A stretch of 64,000 bases of DNA from NCBI RefSeq assembly GCF_009914755.1, contig NC_060925.1; one strand, 5' to 3'. The notes beneath the pieces are model-generated. The model was not told the DNA's origin, did not search any database, and worked only from the letters and a program-made list of their open reading frames with translations. The translations under genes were made by a program, and so were the position numbers. This DNA is from the human T2T-CHM13v2.0 reference genome, Homo sapiens. This document shows, one piece after another, positions 43,601-58,600 of this stretch; positions within the stretch are counted from its first letter, which is position 1; each line of letters starts with the position of its first letter.

Positions 43601-46600
43601 CAATTCATTCGATGACGATTCCATTCAATTCCGTTCAATGATTCCATTAGATTCCATTTGATGATGATTCCATTCGATTCCATTTGATGATGATTCCATG
43701 CGATTCCATTAGATGATGACTCCTTTATTTTCCATTCAATGAGGATTCCATTCGGTTCCATTTGATGATGATTCCTTTGAATTCCGTTTGATGACAATTC
43801 AATTCAATACCAATTGATGATGGTTATTTTTGATTCCATTTGATGATGATTACATTCGATTCCATTTGATCATGATTCCATTCGATTCCACTCGATGATT
43901 CCATTCAATGATGATTCCATTCGAGTTCATTGACTATTCCATTCCATTTCAATCGATGATTCCTTTCAAGTCCATTCGATGATTCTATTCGATTGCATTC
44001 GATTATTCCATTCGATTGCATTCGATAATTCCATTCGATTCCATTTGAGGATAATTCCATTTGAGTCCATTCGATGATTGTTCCATTCGATTCTATTCGG
44101 TGATTCCATTCGATTCCGTTTGATAATGATTCCATTCGAGACCATTCGATGATTCCATTCAATTCCATTCAATAATGATTCCATTCGAGTCCATTCAACG
44201 ATTCCATTCAAGTCCATTCGATGATTCCATCTGATTCCATTCAATGAATCCATGCGATTCCATTCTATGATGATTCCATTCATTTCCATCTGATGATGAT
44301 TCCATTCGATTCCATTCAATGATTCCTTTCGATTCCATTTGATGATGATTTCAATCAATTTCATTCGATGATTCCATTCGAATCCATTCGATGATGAGTC
44401 CATCCATTTCAATTTCATGATAATTCCATTCGTTTCAATTCGATGGTGTTTCCATTCGATTCCATTCGATGTTGATTCCATTAGTTTCCATTGGATGATG
44501 ATTCCATTCGAGTCCATTCGATGATGATCACAATGGATTTCATTCCGTAATTCTATTCGATTCCATTTGATGACGATTCCATCTGATTCCATTTGATGAT
44601 TCCATTCGTTTCCATCCGATGATGATTCCATTCGATTCCGTTCAATGATTATTCCATTCGAGTCCATTCGATGATTCCATTCGATTCCATTCGCTGATGA
44701 TTGCATTCGAGTCCATGGATTCTTCCATTCCATTCCATTAGATGATTCCATTCCAGTCCATTCGATGATTCTCTTTGATTCCATTCGATAATTCCGTTTG
44801 ATTCCGTTTGATGTTGATTCCATTCGAGTCCATTCGATGATAATTCCATTCGATTCTATGCGATGATTCCATTCCATTCCATTTGGAGGTGGTTGCATTC
44901 GAGACCATTCGTTGATTGCATTCAATTCATTCGATGACCATTCCATTCAATTCAGTTCAATGATTCCATTAGATTCCATTTGATGATGATTCCATTCGAT
45001 TCCATTTGATGATCATTCCATGCGATTCCATTAGATGATGACTCCTTTCATTTCCATTCAATGAGGATTCCATTCGGTTCCATTTGATGATGATTCCTTT
45101 GAATTCCATTTGATGACAATTCCATTCAATACCAATTGATGATGTTTATTTTTGATTCCATTTGATGATGATTACATTCGATTCCATTTGATCATGATTC
45201 CATTCGATTCCACTCGATGATTCCATTCGATTCCATTCAATGATTATTCCATTTGAGTCGATTCGATGACTCCATTCGATTGTATTCGATGGTGATTGAA
45301 TTCGAGTCCATGGATTAATCCATTGCATTCCATTCGATGATTCCATTCGAGTCCATTCGATGATTCTATTCGATTGCATTCGATAATTCCATTCGATTGC
45401 ATTCGAAAAATCCATTTGATTCCATTTGAGGATAATTCCATTTGAGTCCATTCGATGATTGTTCCATTCGATTCTATTCGGTGATTCCATTCGACTTCAT
45501 TTGATAATGATTCCATTCGAGACCATTCGATGATTCTATTCAATTCCATTCAATAATGATTCCATTCGAGTCCATTCAACGATTCCATTCAAGTCCATTC
45601 GATGATTCCATCTGATTCCATTCAATGAATCCATGTGATTCCATTCTATGATGATTCCATTCATTTCCATCTGATGATGATTCCATTCGATTCCATTCAA
45701 TGATTCCTTTCGATTCCATTTGATGATGATTTCAATCAATTTCATTCGATGATTCCATTCGAATCCATTCGATGATGAGTCCATCCATTTCAATTTCATG
45801 ACAATTCCATTCGTTTCAATTCGATGGTGTTTCCATTCGATTGCACTCGATGTTGATTCCATTAGTTTCCATTGGATGATGATTCCATTCGAGTCCATTC
45901 AATGATGATCACATTGGATTTCATTCCATAATTCTATTCGATTCCATTTGATGATGATTCCATCTGATTCCATTTGATGATCCCATTCGATTGCATTCGA
46001 TGATGATTCCATTCGTTTCCATCCAATAATGAATCCATTCGATTCCGTTCAATGATTATTTCATTCGAGTCCATTCGATGATTCCATTCGATTCCATTCG
46101 ATGATGATTGCATTCGGGTCCATGGATTCTTCCATTCCATTCCATTAGATGATTCCATTCGAGTCCGTTCGATGATTCTCTTCGATTCCATTCGATAATT
46201 CCGTTTGATTCCGTTTGATGTTGATTCCATTCGAGTCCATTCGATGATAATTCCATTCGATTCTATGTGATGATTCCATTCCATTCCATTTGGAGATGGT
46301 TCCATTCGAGACCATTCGTTGATTGCATTCAATTCATTCGATGACGATTCCATTCAATTCCGTTCAATGATTCCATTAGATTCCATTTGATGATGATTCC
46401 ATTCGATTCCATTTGATGATGATTCCATGCGATTCCATTAGATGATGACTCCTTTATTTTCCATTCAATGAGGATTCCATTCGGTTCCATTTGATGATGA
46501 TTCCTTTCAATTCCGTTTGATGACAATTCAATTCAATACCAATTGATGATGTTTATTTTTGATTCCACTTGATGATGATTACATTCGATTCCATTTCATC

Positions 46601-49600
46601 ATGATTCCATTCGATTCCACTCGATGATTCCATTCGATTCCATTCAATGATTATTCCACTTGAGTCGATTCGATGACTCCATTCGATTGTATTCGATGGT
46701 GATTGAATTCGAGTCCATGGATTAATCCATTGCATTCCATTCGATGATTCCATTCGAGTCCATTCGATGATTCTATTCGATTACATTCGATAATTCCATT
46801 CGATTGCATTCGATAAATCCATTTGATTCCATTTGAGGATAATTCCTTTCGAGTCCATTCGATGATTGTTCCATTCGATTCTATTCGGTGATTCCATTCG
46901 ACTTCATTTGATAATGATTCCATTCGAGACCATTCGATGATTCTATTCAATTCCATTCAATAATGATTCCATTCGAGTCCATTCAACGATTCCATTCAAG
47001 TCCATTCGATGATTCCATCTGATTCCATTCATTGAATCCATGCGATTCCATTCTATGATGATTCCATTCATTTCCATCTGATGATGATTCCTTTCGATTC
47101 CATTCAATGATTCCTTTTGATTCCATTTGATGATGATTTCAATCAATTTCATTCGATGATTCCATTCGAATCCATTCGATGATGAGTCCATCCATTTCAA
47201 TTTCATGATAATTCCATTCGTTTCAATTCGATGGTGTTTCCATTCGATTCCATTCGATGTTGATTCCATTAGTTTCCATTGGATGATGATTCCATTCGAG
47301 TCCATTCAATGATGATCACATTGGATTTCATTCCATAATTCTATTCGATTCCATTTGATGATGATTCCATCTGATTCCATTTGATGATCCCATTCGATTC
47401 CATTCGTTGGTGATTCCATTCGTTTCCATCCGATGATGATTCCATTCGATTCCGTTCAATGATTATTCCATTCGAGTCCATTCGATGATTCCATTCGATT
47501 CCATTCGATGATGATTGCATTCGAGTCCATGGATTCTTCCATTCCATTCCATTAGATGATTCCATTCGAGTCCGTTCGATGATTCTTTTCGATTCCATTC
47601 GATAATTCCGTTTGATTCCGTTTGATGTTGATTCCATTCGAGTCCATTCGATGATAATTCCATTCGATTCTATGTGATGATTCCACTGCATTCCATTTGG
47701 AGATGGTTCCATTCGAGACCATTCCTTGATTGCATTCAATTCATTCGATGACGATTCCATTCAATTCCGTTCAATGATTCCATTAGATTCCATTTGATGA
47801 TGATGCCATTCGATTCCATTTGATATTGATTCCATGCGATTCCATTAGATGATGACTCCTTTCATTTCCATTCAATGAGGATTCCATTCAGTTCCATTTG
47901 ATGATGATTCCTTTGAATTCCGTTTGATGACAATTCCATTCAATACCAATTGATGATGGTTATTTTTGATTCCATTTGATGATGATAACTTTCGATTCCA
48001 TTTGTTCATGATTCTATTCGATTCCACTCGATGATTCCATTCAATGATGTTTCCATTCGATTTCATTGACTATTCCATTCCGTTTCAATCGATGATTCCT
48101 TTAAAGTCCATTCGATGATTCTATTCGATTGCATTCGGTTATTCCATTCGATTGCATTCGATAATTCCATTCTATTCCATTTGAGGATAATTCCATTTGA
48201 GTCCATTCGATGATTGTTCCATTCGATTCTATTCGGTGATTCCATTCGATTCCATTTGATAATGATTCCTTTCGAGACCATTCGATGATTCCATTCAATT
48301 CCATTCAATAATGATTCCATTCGGGTCCATTCAATGATTCCATTCAAGTCCATTCGATGATTCCATATGATTCCATTCAATGAATCCATTCGATTCCATT
48401 CTATGATGATTCCATTCATTTCCATCTGATGATGATTCCATTCGATTCCATTCAATGATTCCATTCGATTCCATTTGATGATGATTTCAATCAATTTCAT
48501 TCGATGATTCCATTCGAATCCATTCGATGATGAGTCCATCCATTTCAATTTCATGATAATTCCATTCGTTTCAATTCGATGGTGTTTCCATTCGATTCCA
48601 TTCGATGTTGATTCCATTAGTTTCCATTGGATGATGATTCCATTCGAGTCCATTCGATGATGATCAAAATGGATTTCATTCCATAATTCTATTCGATTCC
48701 ATTTGATGATGATTCCATCTGATTCCATTTGATGATTCCATTCGTTTCCATCCGATGATGATTCCATTCGATTCCATTCAATGATTATTCCATTCGAGTC
48801 CATTCGATGATTCCATTCGATTCCATTCGATGATGATTGCATTCGAGTCCATGGATTCTTCCATTCCATTCCATTAGATGGTTCCATTCGAGACCATTCG
48901 ATGATTCTCTTCGATTCCATTCGATAATTCCGTTTGATTCCGTTTGATGTTGATTCCATTCGAGTCCATTCGATGATAATTCCATTCGATTCTATGCAAT
49001 GATTCCATTCCATTCCATTTGGAGGTGGTTCCATTCGAGACCATTCGTTGATTGCATTCAATTCATTCGATGACGATTCCATTCAATTCCGTTCAATGAT
49101 TCCATTAGATTCCATTTGATGATGATTCCATTCGATTCCATTTGATGATGATTCCATGCGATTCCATTAGATGATGACTCCTTTCATTTCCATTCAATGA
49201 GGATTCCATTCGGTTCCATTTGATGATGATTCCTTTGAATTCCATTTGATGACAATTCCATTCAATACCAATTGATGATGGTTATTTTTGATTCCATTTG
49301 ATGATGATTACATTCGATTCCATTTGATCATGATTCCATTCGATTCCACTCGATGATTCCATTCGATTCCATTCAATGATTATTCCATTTGAGTCGATTC
49401 GATGACTCCATTCGATTGTATACGATGGTGATTGAATTCGAGTCCATGGACTAATCCATTGCATTCCATTCGATGATCCCATTCGAGTCCATTCGATGAT
49501 TCTATTCGATTGTATTCGATAATTCCATTCGATTGCATTCGATAAATCCATTTGACTCCATTTGAGGATAATTCCATTAGAGTCCATTTGATGATTGTTC

Positions 49601-52600
49601 CATTCGATTCTATTCGGTGATTCCATTCGATTCCATTTGATAATGATTCCATTGGAGACCATTCGATGATTCCATTCAATTCCATTCAATAATGATTCCA
49701 TTCGAGTCCATTCAAGGATTCCATTCAAGTCCATTCGATGATTCCATCTGATTCCATTCAATGAATCCATGTGATTCCATTCTATGATGATTCCATTCAT
49801 TTCCATCTGATGATGATTCCATTCGATTCCATTCAATGATTCCATTCGATTCCATTTGATGATGATTTCAATCAATTTCATTCGATGATTCCATTCGAAT
49901 CCATTCGATGATGAGTCCATCCATTTCAATTTCATGATAATTCCATTCGTTTCAATTCGATGGTGTTTCCATTCGATTCCATTCGATGTTGATTCCATTA
50001 GTTTCCATTGGATGATGATTCCATTCGAGTCCATTCGATGATGATCAAAATGGATTTCATTCCATAATTCTATTCGATTCCATTTGATGATGATTCCATC
50101 TGATTCCATTTGATGATTCCATTCGTTTCCATCCGATGATGATTCCATTCCATTCCGTTCAATGATTATTCCATTCGAGTCCATTCGATGATTCCATTCG
50201 ATTCCATTCGATGATGATTACATTCGAGTCCATGGATTCTTCCATTCCATTCCATTAGATGATTCCATTCGAGTCCATTCGATGATTCTCTTCGATTCCA
50301 TTCGATAATTCCGTTTGATTCCGTTTGATGTTGATTCCATTCGAGTCCATTCGATGATAATTCCATTCGATTCTATGCGATGATGCCATTCCATTCCATT
50401 TGGAGGTGGTTCCATTCGAGACCATTCGTTGATTGCATTCAATTCATTCGATGACGATTCCATTCAATTCCGTTCAATGATTCCATTAGATTCCATTTGA
50501 TGATGATTCCATTCGATTCCATTTGATGATGATTCCATGCGATTCCATTAGATGATGACTCCTTTCATTTCCATTCAATGAGGATTCCATTCGGTTCCAT
50601 TTGATGATGATTCCTTTGAATTCCATTTGATGACAATTCCATTCAATACCAATTGATGATGGTTATTTTTGATTCCATTTGATGATGATTACATTCGATT
50701 CCATTTGATCATGATTCCATTCGATTCCACTCGATGATTCCATTCGATTCCATTCAATGATTATTCCATTTGTGTCGATTCGATGACTCCATTCGATTGT
50801 ATTCGATGGTGATTGAATTCGAGTCCATGGATTAATCCATTGCATTCCATTCGATGATTCCATTCGAGTCCATTCGATGATTCTATTCGATTGCATTCGA
50901 TAATTCCATTCGATTGCATTCGATAAATCCATTTGATTCCATTTGAGGATAATTCCATTTGAGTCCATTCGATGATTGTTCCATTCGATTCTATTCGGTG
51001 ATTCCATTCGACTTCATTTGATAATGATTCCATTCGAGACCATTCGATGATTCTATTCAATTCCATTCAATAATGATTCCATTCGAGTCCATTCAACGAT
51101 TCCATTCAAGTCCATTCGATGATTCCATCTGATTCCATTCAATGAATCCATTCGATTCCATTCTATGATGATTCCATTCATTTCCATCTGATGATGATTC
51201 CATTCGATTCCATTCAATGATTCCTTTCGATTCCATTTGATGATGATTTCAATCAATTTCATTCGATGATTCCATTCGAATCCATTCGATGATGAGTCCA
51301 TCCATTTCAATTTCATGATAATTCCATTCGTTTCAATCCGATGGTGTTTCCATTCGATTCCATTCGATGTTGATTCCATTAGTTTCCATTGGATGATGAT
51401 TCCATTCGAGTCCATTCAATGATGTTCACATTGGATTTCATTCCATAATTCTATTCGATTCCATTTGATGATGATTCCATCTGATTCCATTTGATGATCC
51501 CATTCGATTCCATTCGATGATGATTCCATTCGTTTCCGTCCGATGATGATTCCATTCGATTCCGTTCAATTATTATTCCATTCGAGTCCATTCGATGATT
51601 CCATTAAATTCCATTCGATGATGATTGCATTCGAGTCCATGGATTCTTCCATTCCATTCCATTAGATGATTCCATTCGAGTCCGTTCGATGATTCTTTTC
51701 GATTCCATTCGATAATTCCGTTTGATTCCGTTTGATGTTGATTCCATTCGAGTCCATTCGATGATAATTCCATTCGATTCTATGTGATGATTCCACTGCA
51801 TTCCATTTGGAGATGGTTCCATTCGAGACCATTCCTTGATTGCATTCAATTCATTCGATGGCGATTCCATTCAATTCCGTTCAATGATTCCATTAGATTC
51901 CATTTGATGATGATACCATTCGATTCCATTTGATGATGATTCCATGCGATTCCATTAGATGATGACTCCTTTCATTTCCATTCAATGAAGATTCCATTCG
52001 GTTCCATTTGATGATGATTCCTTTGAATTCCGTTTGATGACAATTCCATTCAATACCAATTGATGATGGTTATTTTTGATTCCATTTGATGATGACTACT
52101 TTCGATTCCATTTGTTCATGATTCTATTCGATTCCACTCGATGATTCCATTCAATGATGTTTCCATTCGATTTCATTGACTATTCCATTCCGTTTCAATC
52201 GATGATTCCTTTCAAGTCCATTCGATGATTCTATTCGATTGCATTCGATTATTCCATTCGATTGCAATTGATAATTCCATTCGATTCCACTTGAGGATAA
52301 TTCCATTTGAGTCCATTCGATGATTGTTCCATTCGATTCTATTCGGTGATTCCATTCGATTCCATTTGATAATGATTCCTTTCGAGACCATTCGATGATT
52401 CCATTCAATTCCATTCAATAATGATTCCATTCGAGTCCATTCAATGATTCCATTCAAGTCCATTCGATGATTCCATCTGATTCCATTCAATGAATCCATT
52501 CGATTCCATTCTATGATGATTCCATTCATTTCCATGTGATGATGATTCCATTCGATTCCATTCAATGATTCCATTCGATTCCATTTGATGATGATTTCAA

Positions 52601-55600
52601 TCAATTTCATTCGATGATTCCATTCGAATCCATTCGATGATGAGTCCATCCATTTCAATTTCATGATAATTCCATTCGTTTCAATTCGATGGTGTTTCCA
52701 TTCGATTCCATTCGATGATGATTCCATTAGTTTCCATTGGATGATGATTCCATTCGAGTCCATTCGATGATGATCACAATGGATTTCATTCCATAATTCT
52801 ATTCGATTCCATTTGATGATGATTCCATCTGATTCCATTTGATGATTCCATTCGTTTCCATCCGATGATGATTCCATTCGATTCCGTTCAATGATTATTC
52901 CATTCGAGTCCATTCGATGATTCCATTCGATTCCATTCGATGATGATTGCATTCGAGTCCATGGATTCTTCCATTCCATTCCATTAGATGATTCCATTCG
53001 AGTCCATTCGATGATTCTCTTCGATTCCATTCGATAATTCCGTTTGATTCCGTTTGATGTTGATTCCATTCGTGTCCATTCGATGATAATTCCATTCGAT
53101 TCTATGCGATGATTCCATTCCATTCCATTTGGAGGTGGTTCCATTCGAGACCATTCGTTGATTGCATTCAATTCATTCGATGACGATTCCATTCAATTCC
53201 GTTCAATGATTCCATTAGATTCCATTTGATGATGATTCCATTCGATTCCATTTGATGATGATTCCATGCGATTCCATTAGATGATGACTCCTTTCATTTC
53301 CATTCAATGAGGATTCCATTCGGTTCCATTTGATGATGATTCCTTTGAATTCCATTTGATGACAATTCCATTCAATACCAATTGATGATGGTTATTTTAG
53401 ATTCCATTTGATGATGATTACATTCGATTCCATTTGATCATGATTCCATTCGATTCCACTCGATGATTCCATTCGATTCCATTCAATGATTATTCCTTTT
53501 GAGTCGATTCGATGACTCCATTCGATTGTATTCGATGGTGATTGAATTCGAGTCCATGGATTAATCCATTGCATTCCATTCGATGATTCCATTCGAGTCC
53601 ATTCGATGATTCTATTCGATTGCATTCGATAATTCCATTCGATTGCATTCGATAAATCCATTTGATTCCATTTGAGGATAATTCCATTTGAGTCCATTCG
53701 ATGATTGTTCCATTCGATTCTATTCGGTGTTTCCATTCGACTTCATTTGATAATGATTCCATTCGAGATCATTCGATGATTCTATTCAATTCCATTCAAT
53801 AATGATTCCATTCGAGTCCATTCAACGATTCCATTCAAGTCCATTCGATGATTCCATCTGATTCCATTCAATGAATCCATGCGATTCCATTCTATGATGA
53901 TTCCATTCATTTCCATCTGATGATGATTCCATTCGATTCCATTCAATGATTCCATTCGATTCCATTTGATGATGATTTCAATCAATTTCATTCGATGATT
54001 CCATTCGAATCCATTCGATGATGAGTCCATCCATTTCAATTTCATGATAATTCCATTCGTTTCAATTCGATGGTGTTTCCATTCGATTGCATTCGATGTT
54101 GATTCCATTAGTTTCCATTGGATGATGATTCCATTCGAGTCCATTCAATGATGATCACATTGGATTTCATTCCATAATTCTATTCGATTCCATTTGATGA
54201 TGATTCCATCTGATTCCATTTGATGATCCCATTCGATTCCATTCGATGATGATTCCATTCGTTTCCATCCCATGATGATTCCATTCGATTCCGTTCAATG
54301 ATTATTCCATTCGAGTCCATTCGATGATTCCATTCGATTCCATTCGATGATGATTGCATTCGGGTCCATGGATTCTTCCATTCCATTCCATTAGATGATT
54401 CCATTCGAGTCCGTTCGATGATTCTCTTCGATTCCATTTGATAATTCCGTTTGATTCCGTTTGATGTTGATTCCATTCGAGTCCATTCGATGATAATTCC
54501 ATTCGATTCTATGTGATGATTCCATTCCATTCCATTTGGAGATGGTTCCATTCGAGACCATTCGTTGATTGCATTCAATTCATTCGATGACGATTCCATT
54601 CAATTCCGTTCAATGATTCCATTAGATTCCATTTGATGATGATTCCATTCGATTCCATTTGATGATGATTCCATGCGATTCCATTAGATGATGACTCCTT
54701 TATTTTCCATTCAATGAGGATTCCACTCGGTTCCATTTGATGATGATTCCTTTGAATTCCGTTTGATGACAATTCAATTCAATACCAATTGATGATGGTT
54801 AATTTTGATTCCATTTGATGATGATTACTTTCGATTCCATTTGATCATGATTCCATTCAATTCCACTCGATGATTCCATTCAATGATGATTCCATTCGAG
54901 TTCATTGACTATTCCATTCCATTTCAATCGATGATTCCTTTCAAGTCCATTCGATGATTCTATTCGATTGCATTCGATTATTCCATTCAATTGCATTCGA
55001 TAATTCCATTCGATTCCATTTGAGGATAATTCCATTTGAGTCCATTCGATGATTGTTCCATTCGATTCTATTCGGTGATTCCATTCGATTCCATTTGATA
55101 ATGATTCCATTCGAGACCATTCGATGATTCCATTCAATTCCATTCAATAATGATTCCATTCGAGTCCATTCAACGATTCCATTCAAGTCCATTCGATGAT
55201 TCCATCTGATTCCATTCAATGAATCCATGCGATTCCATTCTATGATGATTCCATTCATTTCCATCTGATGATGATTCCATTCGATTCCATTCAATGATTC
55301 CTTTCGATTCCATTTGATGATGATTTCAATCAATTTCATTCGATGATTCCATTCGAATCCATTCGATGATGAGTCCATCCATTTCAATTTCATGATAATT
55401 CCATTCCTTTCAATTCGATGGTGTTTCCATTCGATTCCATTCGATGTTGATTCCATTAGTTTCCATTGGATGATGATTCCATTCTAGTCCATTCGATGAT
55501 GATCACAATGGATTTCATTCCATATTTCTATTCGATTCCATTTGATGATGATTCCATCTGATTCCATTTGATGATTCCATTCGTTTCCATCCGATGATGA

Positions 55601-58600
55601 TTCCATTCGATTCCTTTCAATGATTATTCCATTCGAGTCCATTCGATGATTCCATTCGATTCCATTCGATGATGATTGCATTCGGGTCCATGGATTCTTC
55701 AATTCCATTCCATTAGATGATTCCATTCCAGTCCATTCGATGATTCTCTTCTATTCCATTCGATAATTCCGTTTGATTCCCTTTGATGTTGATTCCATTC
55801 GAGTCCATTCGATGATAATTCCATTCGATTCTATGCGATGATTCCATTCCATTCCATTTGGAGGTGGTTCCATTCGAGACCATTCGTTGATTGCATTCAA
55901 TTCATTCGATGACGATTCCATTCAATTCCGTTCAATGATTCCATTAGATTCCATTTGATGATGATTCCATTCGATTCCATTTGATGATGATTCCATGCGA
56001 TTCCATTAGATGATGACTCCTTTCATTTCCATTCAATGAGGATTCCATTCGGTTCCATTTGATGATGATTCCTTTGAATTCCATTTGATGACAATTCCAT
56101 TCAACACCAATTGATGATGGTTATTTTAGATTCCATTTGATGATGATTACATTCGATTCCATTTGATCATGATTCCATTCGATTCCACTCGATGATTCCA
56201 TTTGATTCCATTCAATGATTATTCCATTTGAGTCGATTCGATGACTCCATTCGATTGTATTCGATGGTGATTGAATTCGAGTCCATGGATTAATCCATTG
56301 CATTCCATTCGATGATTCCATTCGAGTCCATTCGATGATTCTATTCGATTGCATTCGATAATTCCATTCGATTGCATTCGATAAATCCATTTGATTCCAT
56401 TTGAGGATAATTCCATTTGAGTCCATTCGATGATTGTTCCATTCGATTCTATTCGGTGATTCCATTCGACTTCATTTGATAATGATTCCATTCGAGACCA
56501 TTCGATGATTCTATTCAATTCCATTCAATAATGATTCCATTCGAGTCCATTCAACGATTCCATTCAAGTCCATTCGATGATTCCATCTGATTGCATTCAA
56601 TGAATCCATGCGATTCCATTCTATGATGATTCCATTCATTTCCATCTGATGATGATTCCATTCGATTCCATTCAATGATTCCTTTCGATTCCATTTGATG
56701 ATGATTTCAATCAATTTCATTCGATGATTACATTCGAATCCATTCGAGGATGAGTCCATCCATTTCTATTTCATGATAATTCCATTCGTTTCAATTCGAT
56801 GGTGTTTCCATTCGATTCCATTCGATGTTGATTCCATTAGTTTCCATTGGATGATGATTCCATTCGAGTCCATTCGATGATGATCACAATGGATTTCATT
56901 CCATAATTCTATTCGATTCCATTTGATGATGATTCCATCTGATTCCATTTGATGATTCCATTCGTTTCCATCCGATGATGATTCCATTCGATTCCGTTCA
57001 ATGATTATTCCATTCGAGTCCATTCGATGATTCCATTCGATTCCATTCGATGATGATTGCATTCGAGTCCATGGATTCTTCCATTCCATTCCATTAGATG
57101 ATTCCATTCGAGTCCGTTCGATGATTCTCTTCGATTCCCTTCGATAATTCCGTTTGATTCCGTTTGATGTTGATTCCATTCGAGTCCATTCGATGATAAT
57201 TCCATTCGATTCTATGCAATGATTCCATTCCATTCCATTTGGAGATGGTTCCATTCGAGACCATTCGTTGATTGCATTCAATTCATTCGATGACGATTCC
57301 ATTCAATTCCGTTCAATGATTCCATTAGATTCCATTTGATGAGGATTCCATTCGATTCCATTTGATGATGATTCCATGCGATTCCATTAGATGATGACTC
57401 CTTTCATTTCCATTCAATGAGGATTCCATTCGGTTCCATTTGATGATGATTCCTTTGAATTCCATTTGATGACAATTCCATTCAATACCAATTGATGATG
57501 GTTATTTTAGATACCATTTGATGATGATTACATTCGATTCCATTTGATCATGATTCCATTCGATTCCACTCGATGATTCCATTCGATTCCATTCAATGAT
57601 TATTCCATTTGAGTCGATTCGATGACTCCATTCGATTGTATTCGATGGTGATTGAATTCGAGTCCATGGATTAATCCATTGCATTCCATTCGATGATTCC
57701 ATTCGAGTCCATTCGATGATTCTATTCGATTGCATTCGATAATTCCATTTGATTACATTTGATAAATCCATTTGATTCCATTTGAGGATAATTCCATTTG
57801 AGTCCATTCGATGATTGTTCCATTCGATTCTATTCGGTGATTCCATTCGACTTCATTTGATAATGATTCCATTCGAGACCACTCGATGATTCTATTCAAT
57901 TCCATTCAATAATGATTCCATTCGAGTCCATTCAACGATTCCATTCAAGTCCATTCGATGATTCCATCTGATTCCATTCAATGAATCCATGCGATTCCAT
58001 TCTATGATGATTCCATTCATTTCCATCTGATGATGATTCCATTCGATTCCATTCAATGATTCCATTCGATTCCATTTGATGATGATTTCAATCAATTTCA
58101 TTCGATGATTCCATTCGAATCCATTCGATGATGAGTCCATCCATTTCTATTTCATGATAATTCCATTCGTTTCAATTCGATGGTGTTTCCATTCGATTCC
58201 ATTCGATGTTGATTCCATTAGTTTCCATTGGATGATGATTCCATTCGAGTCCATTCGATGATGATCACAATGGATTTCATTCCATAATTCTATTCGATTC
58301 CATTTGATGATGATTCCATCTGATTCCATTTGATGATTCCATTCGTTTCCATCCGATGATGATTCCATTCGATTCCGTTCAATGATTATTCCATTCGAGT
58401 CCATTCGATGATTCCATTCGATTCCATTCGATGATGATTGCATTCGAGTCCATGGATTCTTCCATTCCAATCCATTAGATGATTCCATTCGAGTCCATTC
58501 GATGATTCTCTTCGATTCCATTCGATAATTCCGTTTGATTCCGTTTGATGTTGATTCCATTCGAGTCCATTCGATGATAATTCCATTCGATTCCATGCGA

